A model generated the notes under the pieces. The model had not been told where the DNA came from. It was given only the letters and a program-made list of their open reading frames with translations, and did not search any database. Below are positions 1 through 8,796 of a stretch of DNA of 32,000 bases, piece after piece (position 1 is the first letter of the stretch; every line of letters begins with the position of its first letter). This DNA comes from Pseudomonas aeruginosa (GTDB lineage: Bacteria; Pseudomonadota; Gammaproteobacteria; Pseudomonadales; Pseudomonadaceae), in the NCBI RefSeq assembly GCF_001457615.1, contig NZ_LN831024.1:150001-182000 (forward strand), read 5' to 3'. A program made the position numbers and the translations under genes.

Positions 1-663
1 GGCGATGTTCGAGGCGTCGTGCAGTTCGATCAGCTTGAGCAGCTCGTTGGCCAGCTCGACGCCGCCGGTCTGGGCCATCCCGCGGGTGAACGCCATGCCC
101 GGTTGAAGGGTGTGCGGCAGATGGTCGACGTCCATCAGCTGGCCGAACATCTTGCGGTTGCCACCGATCCCGCCGAGGCTGGTGCCGGCGACGTTGACCC
201 CGTGGTAGCCGCGGGCGCGGCCGATCAGCTTGGTCTTCTGCGGCTGGCCTTTCAGGCGCCAGTAGGCGCGGGCCATCTTGATCGAGGTGTCGGCGCACTC
301 GGAGCCGGAACCGGTGAAGAACACGTGGTTCAGTTCGCCTGGCAGCAACCCGGCGATCTTCTCGGCCAACTGGAAGGACAGCGGATGGCCGTACTGGAAG
401 CCCGGCGAGTAGTCGAGGGTGCCGAGCTGGCGAGCCACCGCCTCCTGGATTTCCTTGCGCGAGTGGCCGGCGCCGCAGGTCCACAGGCCGGACAGGCTGT
501 CGTAGACCTTGCGGCCCTTGTCGTCGGTCAGCCAGCTGCCTTCGGCGGCGACGATGATCCGCGGGTCCTTCTGGAAGTTGCGGTTGGCGGAGAAGGGCAT
601 CCAGTGGGCGCGCAGGTTGAGTTCGCTGGAAACCGGCGGGGCCACGTTGAGCGGCTGGTTCAT
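1..663 (-). CDS. bauA: Beta-alanine:pyruvate transaminase, N-terminal part (runs off left edge)
   Basis: Minus-strand frame from ATG at 663 reads MNQPLNVAPPVSSELNLRAHWMPFSANRNFQKDPRI..., omega-amino-acid transaminase family, open to window base 1; divergent to a LysR gene as in the bau locus. Confidence 0.93.
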   Translation of the reverse strand, partial: MNQPLNVAPPVSSELNLRAHWMPFSANRNFQKDPRIIVAAEGSWLTDDKGRKVYDSLSGLWTCGAGHSRKEIQEAVARQLGTLDYSPGFQYGHPLSFQLAEKIAGLLPGELNHVFFTGSGSECADTSIKMARAYWRLKGQPQKTKLIGRARGYHGVNVAGTSLGGIGGNRKMFGQLMDVDHLPHTLQPGMAFTRGMAQTGGVELANELLKLIELHDASNIA

Positions 664-797
664 CGTTCGATCCTCGGGCTTTCTTGTTGGAAGGTTCCGC
701 GCACGCGGCGGCGGAGCGTTGGATCAAGCTTGGCCCTGACGAAAGGTTAGATAAAGCTTATTCTTCTCACGTTTAGTTTCGACTGGGTAAAACAATA

Positions 798-1715
798 ATG
801 GCCAAATCCCGCAACCCGTCGCTCGGCCAGGTCAGCGATTTCGATATCCGCCTGCTGCGCATCTTCAAGACCATCGTCGAGTGCGGCAGTTTCTCCGCCG
901 CGGAGAGCACTCTCGGCCTCAGCCGCTCGGCGATCAGCCTGCACATGGGCGACCTGGAGAAGCGCCTGGGCATGCGCCTGTGCCAGCGCGGCCGCGCCGG
1001 CTTCGCCCTGACCGACGAGGGCCGCGAGGTCTATCGCGCGACCCAGACCCTGCTGGCGGCGCTGGAGGGGTTCCGCGCCGAGGTCAACGACCTGCACCAG
1101 CACCTGCGCGGCGAACTCAACATCGGCATCATCAACAACCTGGTGACCCTGCCGCAGATGCGCATCACCCACGCTCTCAGCGCGCTCAAGGGGCAGGGAC
1201 CGCAGGTGCGGATCAACATCGGCATGACCACCCCCAACGAGATCGAACTGGGCGTGCTCGACGGCCACCTGCATGTCGGCGTGGTGCCGTTGATCAGTCC
1301 GCTGTCGGGGCTCGAGTACCTGCCGCTGTATGACGAGCACGCGCAGCTCTATTGCAGCCGCGGCCACGCACTGTTCGAGCGCGCCGACGGCGATATCGCG
1401 GTGGACGAGGTGCTCGCCGCGGACGCCGTGGCGCCCAGCTACCGCCTGCCCGCCGAAGCCCAGGCGCGCCACCAGGAGCTGAACAACAGCGCCAGCGCCT
1501 CGGACCGTGAGGGCATGGCATTCCTGATCCTGACCGGCAACTTCATCGGCTACCTGCCGTCGCACTACGCTGCCGACTGGGTCGCCGCCGGGATGCTGCG
1601 GCCCCTGCTGCCGGAGCGTTTCCACTATGCCATCGCGCTGACCATCGTGACCCGCAAGGGACGCCGGCCGAACCTGGTGCTGGAGCGCTTCCTGGAGGCG
1701 GTGGCGGTGTCGTGA
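798..1715 (+). CDS. bauR: LysR-family transcriptional regulator
   Basis: 305 aa ORF with N-terminal LysR HTH (DFDIRLLRIFKTIVECGSFSAAESTLGLSRSAISLHMGDLEKRLGMRLCQR); divergent to bauA. Confidence 0.9.
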   Translation: MAKSRNPSLGQVSDFDIRLLRIFKTIVECGSFSAAESTLGLSRSAISLHMGDLEKRLGMRLCQRGRAGFALTDEGREVYRATQTLLAALEGFRAEVNDLHQHLRGELNIGIINNLVTLPQMRITHALSALKGQGPQVRINIGMTTPNEIELGVLDGHLHVGVVPLISPLSGLEYLPLYDEHAQLYCSRGHALFERADGDIAVDEVLAADAVAPSYRLPAEAQARHQELNNSASASDREGMAFLILTGNFIGYLPSHYAADWVAAGMLRPLLPERFHYAIALTIVTRKGRRPNLVLERFLEAVAVS

Positions 1716-1827
1716 GGGCGCGGATGGAGTAACGCGAGCTTCGGCCGCCCGCCGAACGGCGTCTTTTCTCTACGGCGCGAGGAGGTGGCATGCAGCGACG
1801 GGCCGAGCCAACGCGGGAAAGAGACTC

Positions 1828-3126
1828 TCACCCCTTCACATGGCGCCGCTCCCCCATCACCCAGGTCTCCGCCACCGCGCGGTCGTCGCCCAGGGTGTTC
1901 AGCACGAACAGGGTATCGGCCAGGCCGCGCGCATGCTCCATGCGCTGGGCGATCATCGGCGTGGCGGCCAGGTCGAGGGCGACGAAGTCGGCTTCGCGGC
2001 CGGGCAGGAAGTTACCGACCAGGCCGTCCAGGTCGAGCGCCCTGGCGCCGCCGAGGGTGGCCAGGTAGAGCGCCTGGAACGGATCGAGGCTGGTGCCGCG
2101 CAATTGCTGGATCTTGTAGGCGTCGGCGAGGTTGGCCAGCAGCGACAGGCTGGTGCCGCCGCCGACGTCGCTACCGATGCCGACGCGGATGCCGTATTGC
2201 TGGGCGCGGCCAAGGTCGAACAGGCCGGAGCCGATGAACAGGTTGGAACTGGGACAGTGCGCCAGCGCCGCGTTCTTGTGCGCCAGGCAGCGGCATTCGC
2301 GTTCGGAGAGATGGATGCCATGGGCGAACACGCTGCGTTCGCCGACCAGGCCGGCGCGATGATAGACGTCCAGGTAGTCCTGCGCCTGGGGAAACAGCTC
2401 GCCGACCCAGGCGACTTCCTTGAGGTTCTCCGAAAGATGGGTGTGCAGGTAGACGCCGGGATACTCGTCCAGCAGGCGCGCCGCCGCGGCCAGTTGCTCG
2501 GGCGAGGAGGTCGGCGCGAAGCGCGGGGTGACCGCGTATTGCAGGCGCCCGTTGCCGTGCCAGCGCTCGATCAGCGCGCGGCTCTCGGCGTAGCCACTGG
2601 CCGCGGTATCGCACAGCGCCGGCGGCGCGTTGCGGTCCATCAGCACCTTGCCGGCGATCATCCGCAGGCGGCGCTTCTGCGCGGCCTGGAAGAATGCCTC
2701 GGCGGATACCGCATGGACCGTGCCGAACACCAGCGCGGTAGTGGTGCCGTGGCGCAGCAGTTCGTCGAGGAACAGCTCGGCCTGGGCGGCGGCGTAGCCG
2801 GCATCGGCAAAGCGCTGCTCGGCGGGAAAGGTGTGGGTTTCCAGCCAGTCCAGCAGTTGGGTGCCGTAGGAGGCGATCACTCCGAGTTGCGGGTAATGCA
2901 CATGGCAGTCGACGAAGCCGGGCAGCAGCAGGCGCTGCGGATGGTCCTCCAGCGGCAGGTCGGCGGGCAGTTGCGGCAGCAGGTAGGTTGCGTGATCGAG
3001 CGCGCGCACGTGGCCGTGTTCGATCCACAGCAGGCCGTCCTCGAAATACTCCCAGGCCTTGTCGCCGAGTTTCGCCGGGTCGCCGAGGAAATGCAGGATC
3101 CGCCCGCGATGGGCCGAACTGCTCAT
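1828..3126 (-). CDS. guaD: Guanine deaminase (amidohydrolase superfamily)
   Basis: Frame of ORF 1828..3198(-); metal motifs FVDCHVHYPQ, HTHLSEN, GIGSDVGGG. Start at 3126 (MSSSAHRGRILHF) preferred because GGGAG lies about 5 nt upstream; ATG at 3198 is an alternative. Confidence 0.88.
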   Translation of the reverse strand: MSSSAHRGRILHFLGDPAKLGDKAWEYFEDGLLWIEHGHVRALDHATYLLPQLPADLPLEDHPQRLLLPGFVDCHVHYPQLGVIASYGTQLLDWLETHTFPAEQRFADAGYAAAQAELFLDELLRHGTTTALVFGTVHAVSAEAFFQAAQKRRLRMIAGKVLMDRNAPPALCDTAASGYAESRALIERWHGNGRLQYAVTPRFAPTSSPEQLAAAARLLDEYPGVYLHTHLSENLKEVAWVGELFPQAQDYLDVYHRAGLVGERSVFAHGIHLSERECRCLAHKNAALAHCPSSNLFIGSGLFDLGRAQQYGIRVGIGSDVGGGTSLSLLANLADAYKIQQLRGTSLDPFQALYLATLGGARALDLDGLVGNFLPGREADFVALDLAATPMIAQRMEHARGLADTLFVLNTLGDDRAVAETWVMGERRHVKG

Positions 3127-4307
3127 CGCGCTCCCGCCGTGGTCGGAGTGCAGGATAAGTGGGGGGACGAAGTTGCCAGCAGGTACTGCATCGTTCATCT
3201 CCTCTGCTGCCGGAATGGCGCTTTCGCCTCTTTAGTCCGGGAAATCGACGGAAATATCCCGTCTTTGGCGCGTGATCTCGCTTCCGCCATTATGCACTGT
3301 GCGCATGCTGTGGATAAGTCTGTGTGTAGCGCGTGTGCGGAAAGATTGCACGAGCCATTGCGGGATGTGCCCATCTGGCTGCCGGCAGGCGATCCGCGGA
3401 AAGCGTTCCGGCACCTTGAATCCGCCTTGCGAAATGCCCGGTCGGCAACTGGCGCTTCTGTGGGTTTGTCTGTGGAAAAGCTGTTCGCATTCCCCGTTGA
3501 AAAAATGCCTTCGGCGGTCGAGGGAAAGGCATTGGACGGGGCCGCAGGATTTCTCCCGATTGGCGAAAGAGCCAGAGAAAAAGCGCTGTGGAATGCGCCA
3601 CGACAGTGCATCGCGAAACTGTGGACAGCGGATCCACCCATGGCGCCGCCGAGCATGCTTCCGTCGATCGCCGCGGACTTTCCTGGAAAGCCGGAAAACC
3701 CAGTATTCATGGGCATCATGGCGTCTAAAGGGGAAGTCCTGGAGACATTTTCACGGGCATTCCCGTTCCGCGGGTTTCCTGTGGAAAAGCTGTTGGCAAA
3801 CTGTGCCGGAAGCGGGCCGCCGGGGCTGCCCCAGGGATTCGGCCGACCCGTGGCTTGGCCGGGAGAGATCGTCCTGCCGTGCTCCTCCGAACGGCTGTCG
3901 ATATCTTGTGGATAAAGCTGTTGGCAAAGTGTTGGAAAAAATGCCTTGCCAGGTCGCGCCCATGGCCTGCCGGGTTGGCTGTTTTCTGTCCATCGCCATG
4001 TTGCGAAAATCGCCGGGACGATCGGCGCGGGAGGCTTCCCAAGGTCCCGGATGGGCTCCCGACACGCTGTGGATAACTCTGTGAGCAAGGTGGTGATGAC
4101 TGTTTTGCGACAAATGCTCACGCGGGTGCGCCGCAGGGTTGCCCGCAAATGTGCCGCGGCGTCCCAGGCGTGCCCCGGCTTGGTGCCGCTCGGCGCGGGA
4201 GCCTGGCCCGTGGCTCCCGGTGCAAGCCGCGTTCCAGGGCTTTCCTGACCTCCTGGCCAGGTATTTGCACCGGCCGCCGCATCGTCGAGCAACCGATCGG
4301 GTCCGCC
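3127..4307. other. Atypical ~1.2 kb region with dispersed TGTGGA(T/A)AA repeats and no recognisable protein domain
   Basis: Competing overlapping ORFs (3272..4084 +; in-frame extension of 1840..3915 +; 3946..4248 +; 3195..5867 -) with non-Pseudomonas-like codon choice (AGA, GGA, TTG, AAA). TGTGGA occurs at 3309, 3471, 3587, 3620, 3780, 3907 and 4068. A hypothetical gene (PA0135 in PAO1) is annotated around here as far as I recall. Confidence 0.7.
3309..4076 (+). repeat. Degenerate interspersed direct repeats containing three perfect DnaA-box 9-mers (TGTGGATAA) and two one-mismatch copies (TGTGGAAAA)
   Basis: TGTGGATAA at 3309-3317, 3907-3915, 4068-4076; TGTGGAAAA at 3471-3479, 3780-3788; flanks also related, e.g. 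TGTGGAAAAGCTGTTGGCAAACTGTG (3780) and TGTGGATAAAGCTGTTGGCAAAGTG (3907). Confidence 0.85.
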
Positions 4308-5879
4308 ATGTCCGCACCTTCCTCTTTCGCGCCGCCGCGCCTCGAACTGCGCGGGATCAGCAAGCGTTATCCGGGTTGCCTGGCCAACGACCGCATCGAC
4401 CTGTGCATCGACGCCGGCGAGATCCACGCCCTGCTCGGTGAGAACGGCGCCGGCAAGAGCACGCTGATGAAGATCATCTACGGCGTGACCCGTCCCGATG
4501 CCGGCGAGATCCGCTGGCAGGGCGAGCCGGTGCAGGTACGCGACCCGGCTCGCGCCCGGGCGCTGGGGATCGGCATGGTGTTCCAGCATTTCTCCCTGTT
4601 CGAGACGCTCAGCGTGGCGGAGAACATCGCGCTCGCCCTCGGCGCCGAGGCGGGCAGCCCGCGTCGGTTGGAGGCGCGTATTCGCGAGGTGTCGCAGCGC
4701 TACGGCATGCCGCTGGAGCCTCGCCGGTTGGTCCATGGGCTGTCCATCGGCGAGCGCCAGCGGGTGGAGATCGTGCGCTGCCTGATGCAGGACATCCGCC
4801 TGCTGATCCTCGACGAGCCGACCTCGGTGCTGACCCCGCGCGAGGCCGAGGATCTCTTCGTCACCCTGCGCCGTCTTGCGGAGGAGGGTTGCAGTGTCCT
4901 CTTCATCAGCCACAAGCTGGCCGAGGTCCGTGCGCTCTGCCAGCGCGCCACGGTGCTGCGCGGCGGACGGGTGGCCGGACAGTGCGTGCCGGCGCAATGT
5001 TCCGATCTCGAGCTGGCGCGGCTGATGGTGGGCGACGCCGAGGGCCTGGCGGCGGAGTATCCGAAGGCTACCGGCGGCGCGCCTTTCCTCCAGGTGCGCG
5101 ACCTGCACTGGCGCAACCCGGACCCCTTCGGCGTGTCCTTCACCGGCCTCGACCTGGAGGTGCGCAGCGGCGAGATCCTCGGTATCGCCGGGGTCGCCGG
5201 CAACGGCCAGGACGAGTTGCTCGCTCTGCTCAGCGGCGAAGTGCGCCTGCCGCGCGCCCAGGCCGAGCGCATCCGCCTCGGCGGCTGCGCCGGCGCGCAC
5301 CTGGCGCCGGATGCGCGGCGCCGCGCCGGCCAGGCCTTCGTGCCCGCCGAGCGGCTGGGGCACGGCGCGGTGCCGGAGATGAGCCTGGCGGACAATGCGC
5401 TGCTCACCGCCTTCCAGCAGGGTCTGGTGAAGCGCGGGTTGGTCCGGCGGCGCAAGGTGCTGGCGCTGGCCGAGGAGATCATCCGCCGTTTCGCCGTGAA
5501 GACCCCGGGTGCCGGGGCGCCGGCACGCAGCCTTTCCGGCGGCAACCTGCAGAAGTTCATTCTCGGCCGCGAGATCCTCCAGGCCCCGCGCCTGCTGGTG
5601 GCGGCGCATCCCACCTGGGGCGTGGACGTCGGCGCGGCGGCGCTGATCCACCGCGCGCTGATCGCCTTGCGCGATACCGGTACGGCGATCCTGGTGGTCT
5701 CCGAGGACCTCGACGAGCTGTTCCTGCTCAGCGACCGCATCGCCGCGCTGTGTTCGGGTCGGCTGTGCCCGGCGGTCGCCACCGCGAGCGCTTCGCCGCA
5801 GCAGGTCGGCGGCTGGATGGCCGGTCAATTCGAGGCGCCGGCGGCGGTCGCCGGCGCCGTTGCCCAAGGGAGCCTGTGA
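4308..5879 (+). CDS. ABC transporter ATP-binding protein, double-ATPase sugar/nucleoside importer type
   Basis: Frame of ORF 4149..5879; start ATG 4308 (MSAPSSFAPPRLELRGISKRYPG); Walker A GENGAGKSTLMKIIYG, LSIGERQRVEIVRCL, second-half LSGGNLQKFILGREI. Confidence 0.9.
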   Translation: MSAPSSFAPPRLELRGISKRYPGCLANDRIDLCIDAGEIHALLGENGAGKSTLMKIIYGVTRPDAGEIRWQGEPVQVRDPARARALGIGMVFQHFSLFETLSVAENIALALGAEAGSPRRLEARIREVSQRYGMPLEPRRLVHGLSIGERQRVEIVRCLMQDIRLLILDEPTSVLTPREAEDLFVTLRRLAEEGCSVLFISHKLAEVRALCQRATVLRGGRVAGQCVPAQCSDLELARLMVGDAEGLAAEYPKATGGAPFLQVRDLHWRNPDPFGVSFTGLDLEVRSGEILGIAGVAGNGQDELLALLSGEVRLPRAQAERIRLGGCAGAHLAPDARRRAGQAFVPAERLGHGAVPEMSLADNALLTAFQQGLVKRGLVRRRKVLALAEEIIRRFAVKTPGAGAPARSLSGGNLQKFILGREILQAPRLLVAAHPTWGVDVGAAALIHRALIALRDTGTAILVVSEDLDELFLLSDRIAALCSGRLCPAVATASASPQQVGGWMAGQFEAPAAVAGAVAQGSL

Positions 5880-6976
5880 TGCTGTTGTCCCTGGAACCGC
5901 GCGGCCGGCAGTCGCGCTGGATGCTGCTGGCCTCTCCGCTGCTGGCGGGGTTGCTGACCCTGGTCTGCGGCGCGCTGCTGTTCGCCTGTCTCGGCCACGA
6001 TCCCTGGCAGACCCTGCATACCGTGCTGGTACAGCCGCTCAGCGACCTCTATGGGCTCGGCGAGCTGCTGGTCAAGGCCATGCCGATCCTGCTCTGTGCC
6101 CTCGGCCTGGCACTGGCCTACCAGGCGCGCGTGTGGAACATCGGCGCGGAGGGCCAGTTGCTGGTCGGCGCCCTGGCCGGCAGCGCGGTGGCGATCCAGT
6201 TGCTCGACTGGCAGAGCCGCTGGGCGCTGGCCTGGGTGCTGCTCGCCGGCACCGCTGCCGGGGCGCTCTGGGCCGGGTTCGCCGCCTGGCTGCGAACGCG
6301 CTTCAACGCCAACGAGATCCTGACCACCATCATGCTCAACTACATCGCGCTGAACCTGCTGCTGTACGGCGTGCACGGGCCGTTGAAGGACCCGGATGGC
6401 TTCAACTTCCCGCAGTCGGCGCTGTTCGGCGAGGCCAGCCGCCTGCCGGCGCTGTTCGAGGACAGCCGGGTGCACCTTGGCGCATTGTTCGGCCTGCTGG
6501 CGCTGGCGGCGGTCTGGGTGCTGGCGCAGCGCAGCTTCCTCGGTTTCCAGGTCCGCGTGCTCGGCCTCGACCGCCGCGCCGCCGGTTTCGTCGGTTTCCG
6601 CGAGAAGCGCCTGGTCTGGTTCGTGCTGCTGTTCTCCGGCGCGCTGGCAGGCCTGGCCGGCGTCTGCGAGGTCGCCGGGCCGATCGGCCAACTGGTGCCG
6701 CAGGTCTCGCCGGGCTACGGCTATGCGGCGATCACCGTGGCCTTCCTTGGCCGTCTCAATCCGTTCGGCATCCTCTGCGCCAGCCTGCTGATGGCGTTGC
6801 TCTACCTCGGCGGCGAGGCCGCGCAGATGAGCCTCAACCTGCCGTTGGCGCTGACCGGGCTGTTCCAGGGGATGATGCTGTTCTTCCTCCTCGCCTGTGA
6901 CGTGCTGATCCTCTACCGCCCACGTTTGCACGGACGCTGGCGCAAGCGCCCGGCGCTGCGCGACGCCCTGGCCTGA
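5879..6976 (+). CDS. ABC transporter permease (nucleoside/BMP-type family)
   Basis: ATG at 5879 overlaps the preceding TGA by 1 nt; multi-TM protein with RVWNIGAEGQLLVGALAG and TRFNANEILTTIMLNYIALN motifs. Confidence 0.9.
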   Translation: MLLSLEPRGRQSRWMLLASPLLAGLLTLVCGALLFACLGHDPWQTLHTVLVQPLSDLYGLGELLVKAMPILLCALGLALAYQARVWNIGAEGQLLVGALAGSAVAIQLLDWQSRWALAWVLLAGTAAGALWAGFAAWLRTRFNANEILTTIMLNYIALNLLLYGVHGPLKDPDGFNFPQSALFGEASRLPALFEDSRVHLGALFGLLALAAVWVLAQRSFLGFQVRVLGLDRRAAGFVGFREKRLVWFVLLFSGALAGLAGVCEVAGPIGQLVPQVSPGYGYAAITVAFLGRLNPFGILCASLLMALLYLGGEAAQMSLNLPLALTGLFQGMMLFFLLACDVLILYRPRLHGRWRKRPALRDALA

Positions 6977-6997
6977 CCGAACCGCCGAGGAACCACG

Positions 6998-7924
6998 ATG
7001 GATATCGATCTGCTCGACAACCTGCTGTTCGCCATGGTCCGCACCGGTACTCCGCTGCTGCTGGTGGCCCTGGGCGAACTGGTCTGCGAGAGAAGCGGAG
7101 TGCTCAACCTGGGCCAGGAGGGGATGATGCTGTTCGGCGCGGTGATCGGCTTCATGGTCGCCTTCTCCAGCGGCAGCCTGTGGCTCGGCGTGCTCCTCGC
7201 GGTGCTCGCCGGCATGCTGCTGGCGGCGCTGTTCGCCGGGGTCGCCCTGTACCTGAACGCCAACCAGGTGGCCTGCGGCCTGGCGCTGACCATCTTCGGC
7301 GTCGGCCTTTCGTCGTTCGTCGGCGCCGCCTGGGTCGGCAAGCCGCTGCAAGGGTTCGCCCCGCTGGCGCTGCCGGTGCTGGGCGAGTTGCCGCTGCTCG
7401 GGCGCATGCTGTTCGCCCAGGACGCGCTGGTCTACCTGAGCCTGGCGCTGTTCGCCGCGGTCGCCTGGATGCTCCTGCGCAGCCGCGCCGGGCTGGTTCT
7501 CCAGGCGGTCGGCGAGAACCCTGACGCGGCCAGCGCGATGGGCCTGCCGGTGCTGCGCGTGCGCACCCTGGCGGTGCTCTTCGGCGGCGCCATGGCCGGC
7601 CTGGCCGGTGCCTACCTGTCGCTGGCCTACACGCCGATGTGGGCGGAGAACATGACCGCCGGACGCGGCTGGATCGCCCTGGCGCTGGTGGTCTTCGCCA
7701 GTTGGCGGGTGTTCCGCGTGCTGCTCGGTGCCTGGTTGTTCGGCCTGGCCAGCATCCTGCACCTGGTGGCCCAGGGGATCGGGCTGTCGATTCCGGCCAA
7801 CCTGCTGGCGATGCTGCCCTATGCGGCGACCATCCTGGTGCTGGTCCTGCTCTCCCGCGATGCCCTGCGCACCCGGCTGTATGCCCCGGTTTCCCTGGGC
7901 CAGCCGTGGAAGGCCGGGCACTGA
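6998..7924 (+). CDS. ABC transporter permease (second subunit, nucleoside/BMP-type family)
   Basis: 308 aa hydrophobic ORF with SGVLNLGQEGMMLFGAVIGF and WIALALVVFASWRVFRVLLGAWLFG; follows first permease directly. Confidence 0.9.
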   Translation: MDIDLLDNLLFAMVRTGTPLLLVALGELVCERSGVLNLGQEGMMLFGAVIGFMVAFSSGSLWLGVLLAVLAGMLLAALFAGVALYLNANQVACGLALTIFGVGLSSFVGAAWVGKPLQGFAPLALPVLGELPLLGRMLFAQDALVYLSLALFAAVAWMLLRSRAGLVLQAVGENPDAASAMGLPVLRVRTLAVLFGGAMAGLAGAYLSLAYTPMWAENMTAGRGWIALALVVFASWRVFRVLLGAWLFGLASILHLVAQGIGLSIPANLLAMLPYAATILVLVLLSRDALRTRLYAPVSLGQPWKAGH

Positions 7925-7936
7925 CGAGGGCAGGTT

Positions 7937-8035
7937 CTTCGATTAGTTGTTTTAACTATTTATATATTCTTCGATAGATTTAGATAATTTCACTGATGGC
8001 CTAAATCAATGGGGCATTTTTGCCGAACCCCGTTA
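7937..8035 (+). promoter_or_regulatory. AT-rich ahpC promoter region, candidate OxyR target
   Basis: gattagttgttttaactatttatatattcttcgatagatttagataat is strikingly AT-rich and contains CTAT and ATAG half-site-like tetramers, but spacing does not fit the ATAG-N7-CTAT consensus well. Confidence 0.4.
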
Positions 8036-8088
8036 AGATTCTCCCAGTCGATTTGAAACACCCCATTCAACTGAGAGAGGAACGACTG

Positions 8089-8652
8089 ATGTCCCTGATC
8101 AACACTCAAGTCCAACCGTTCAAGGTCAACGCTTTCCACAACGGCAAGTTCATCGAGGTGACCGAGGAATCCCTGAAGGGCAAGTGGTCGGTCCTGATCT
8201 TCATGCCGGCTGCCTTCACCTTCAACTGCCCGACCGAGATCGAAGACGCCGCCAACAACTACGGCGAGTTCCAGAAAGCCGGTGCCGAGGTCTACATCGT
8301 GACCACCGACACCCACTTCTCGCACAAGGTCTGGCACGAAACCTCCCCGGCAGTCGGCAAGGCCCAGTTCCCGCTGATCGGCGACCCGACCCACCAGCTG
8401 ACCAACGCCTTCGGCGTGCACATCCCGGAAGAAGGCCTGGCCCTGCGCGGTACCTTCGTGATCAACCCGGAAGGCGTGATCAAGACCGTCGAGATCCACT
8501 CCAACGAGATCGCCCGTGACGTCGGCGAGACCGTGCGCAAGCTGAAGGCCGCCCAGTACACCGCCGCCCACCCGGGCGAAGTCTGCCCGGCCAAGTGGAA
8601 GGAAGGCGAGAAGACCCTCGCTCCGTCCCTGGACCTGGTCGGCAAGATCTAA
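8089..8652 (+). CDS. ahpC: Alkyl hydroperoxide reductase subunit C (peroxiredoxin)
   Basis: ATG 8089 preceded by GAGAGAGGAAC; 187 aa MSLINTQVQPFKVNAFHNGKFIEVTEESLKGKWSVLIFMPAAFTFNCPTEIEDAA...; resolving region EVCPAKW. Confidence 0.97.
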   Translation: MSLINTQVQPFKVNAFHNGKFIEVTEESLKGKWSVLIFMPAAFTFNCPTEIEDAANNYGEFQKAGAEVYIVTTDTHFSHKVWHETSPAVGKAQFPLIGDPTHQLTNAFGVHIPEEGLALRGTFVINPEGVIKTVEIHSNEIARDVGETVRKLKAAQYTAAHPGEVCPAKWKEGEKTLAPSLDLVGKI

Positions 8653-8686
8653 GACCGCGCCGGCGGCATTCGCCGCCAGCCTCTCC

Positions 8687-8715
8687 GGCGGACGATCCCT
8701 CGCGGATCGTCCGCC
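8687..8715 (+). terminator. Intercistronic stem-loop between ahpC and ahpF
   Basis: Perfect 12-bp inverted repeat GGCGGACGATCC-ctcgc-GGATCGTCCGCC; no strong U tract. Confidence 0.6.
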
Positions 8716-8796
8716 CTTCACCCAGCCAACGCGCCGTGCAGGGCGGATGTCCCATCCGCCGGGGATACGTTTGCCCGAATTTCGAGGAGCTGAACC

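Noticed and set aside
745-780. LysR operator in the bauA-bauR gap (TTAGATAAAGCTTATTCTTC)
   Set aside because: AT-rich with a short AAGCTT-centred symmetry, but the palindrome is too weak to call a site with confidence
3309-4076. CRISPR array
   Set aside because: Repeats are degenerate, irregularly spaced (about 30-310 nt) and short; no cas genes nearby
3127-4307. Insertion sequence or phage remnant
   Set aside because: No transposase or integrase motifs, terminal inverted repeats or target-site duplication that I could identify by eye
3195-5867. 890 aa minus-strand ORF across the orphan region and ABC ATPase
   Set aside because: Its C-terminal-to-middle portion is a shadow of the ATPase; only the 3195-4300 part lies outside a known gene and it lacks any domain
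5825-7921. 698 aa minus-strand ORF antisense to both permeases
   Set aside because: Shadow ORF; permease frames have clear TM and family motifs
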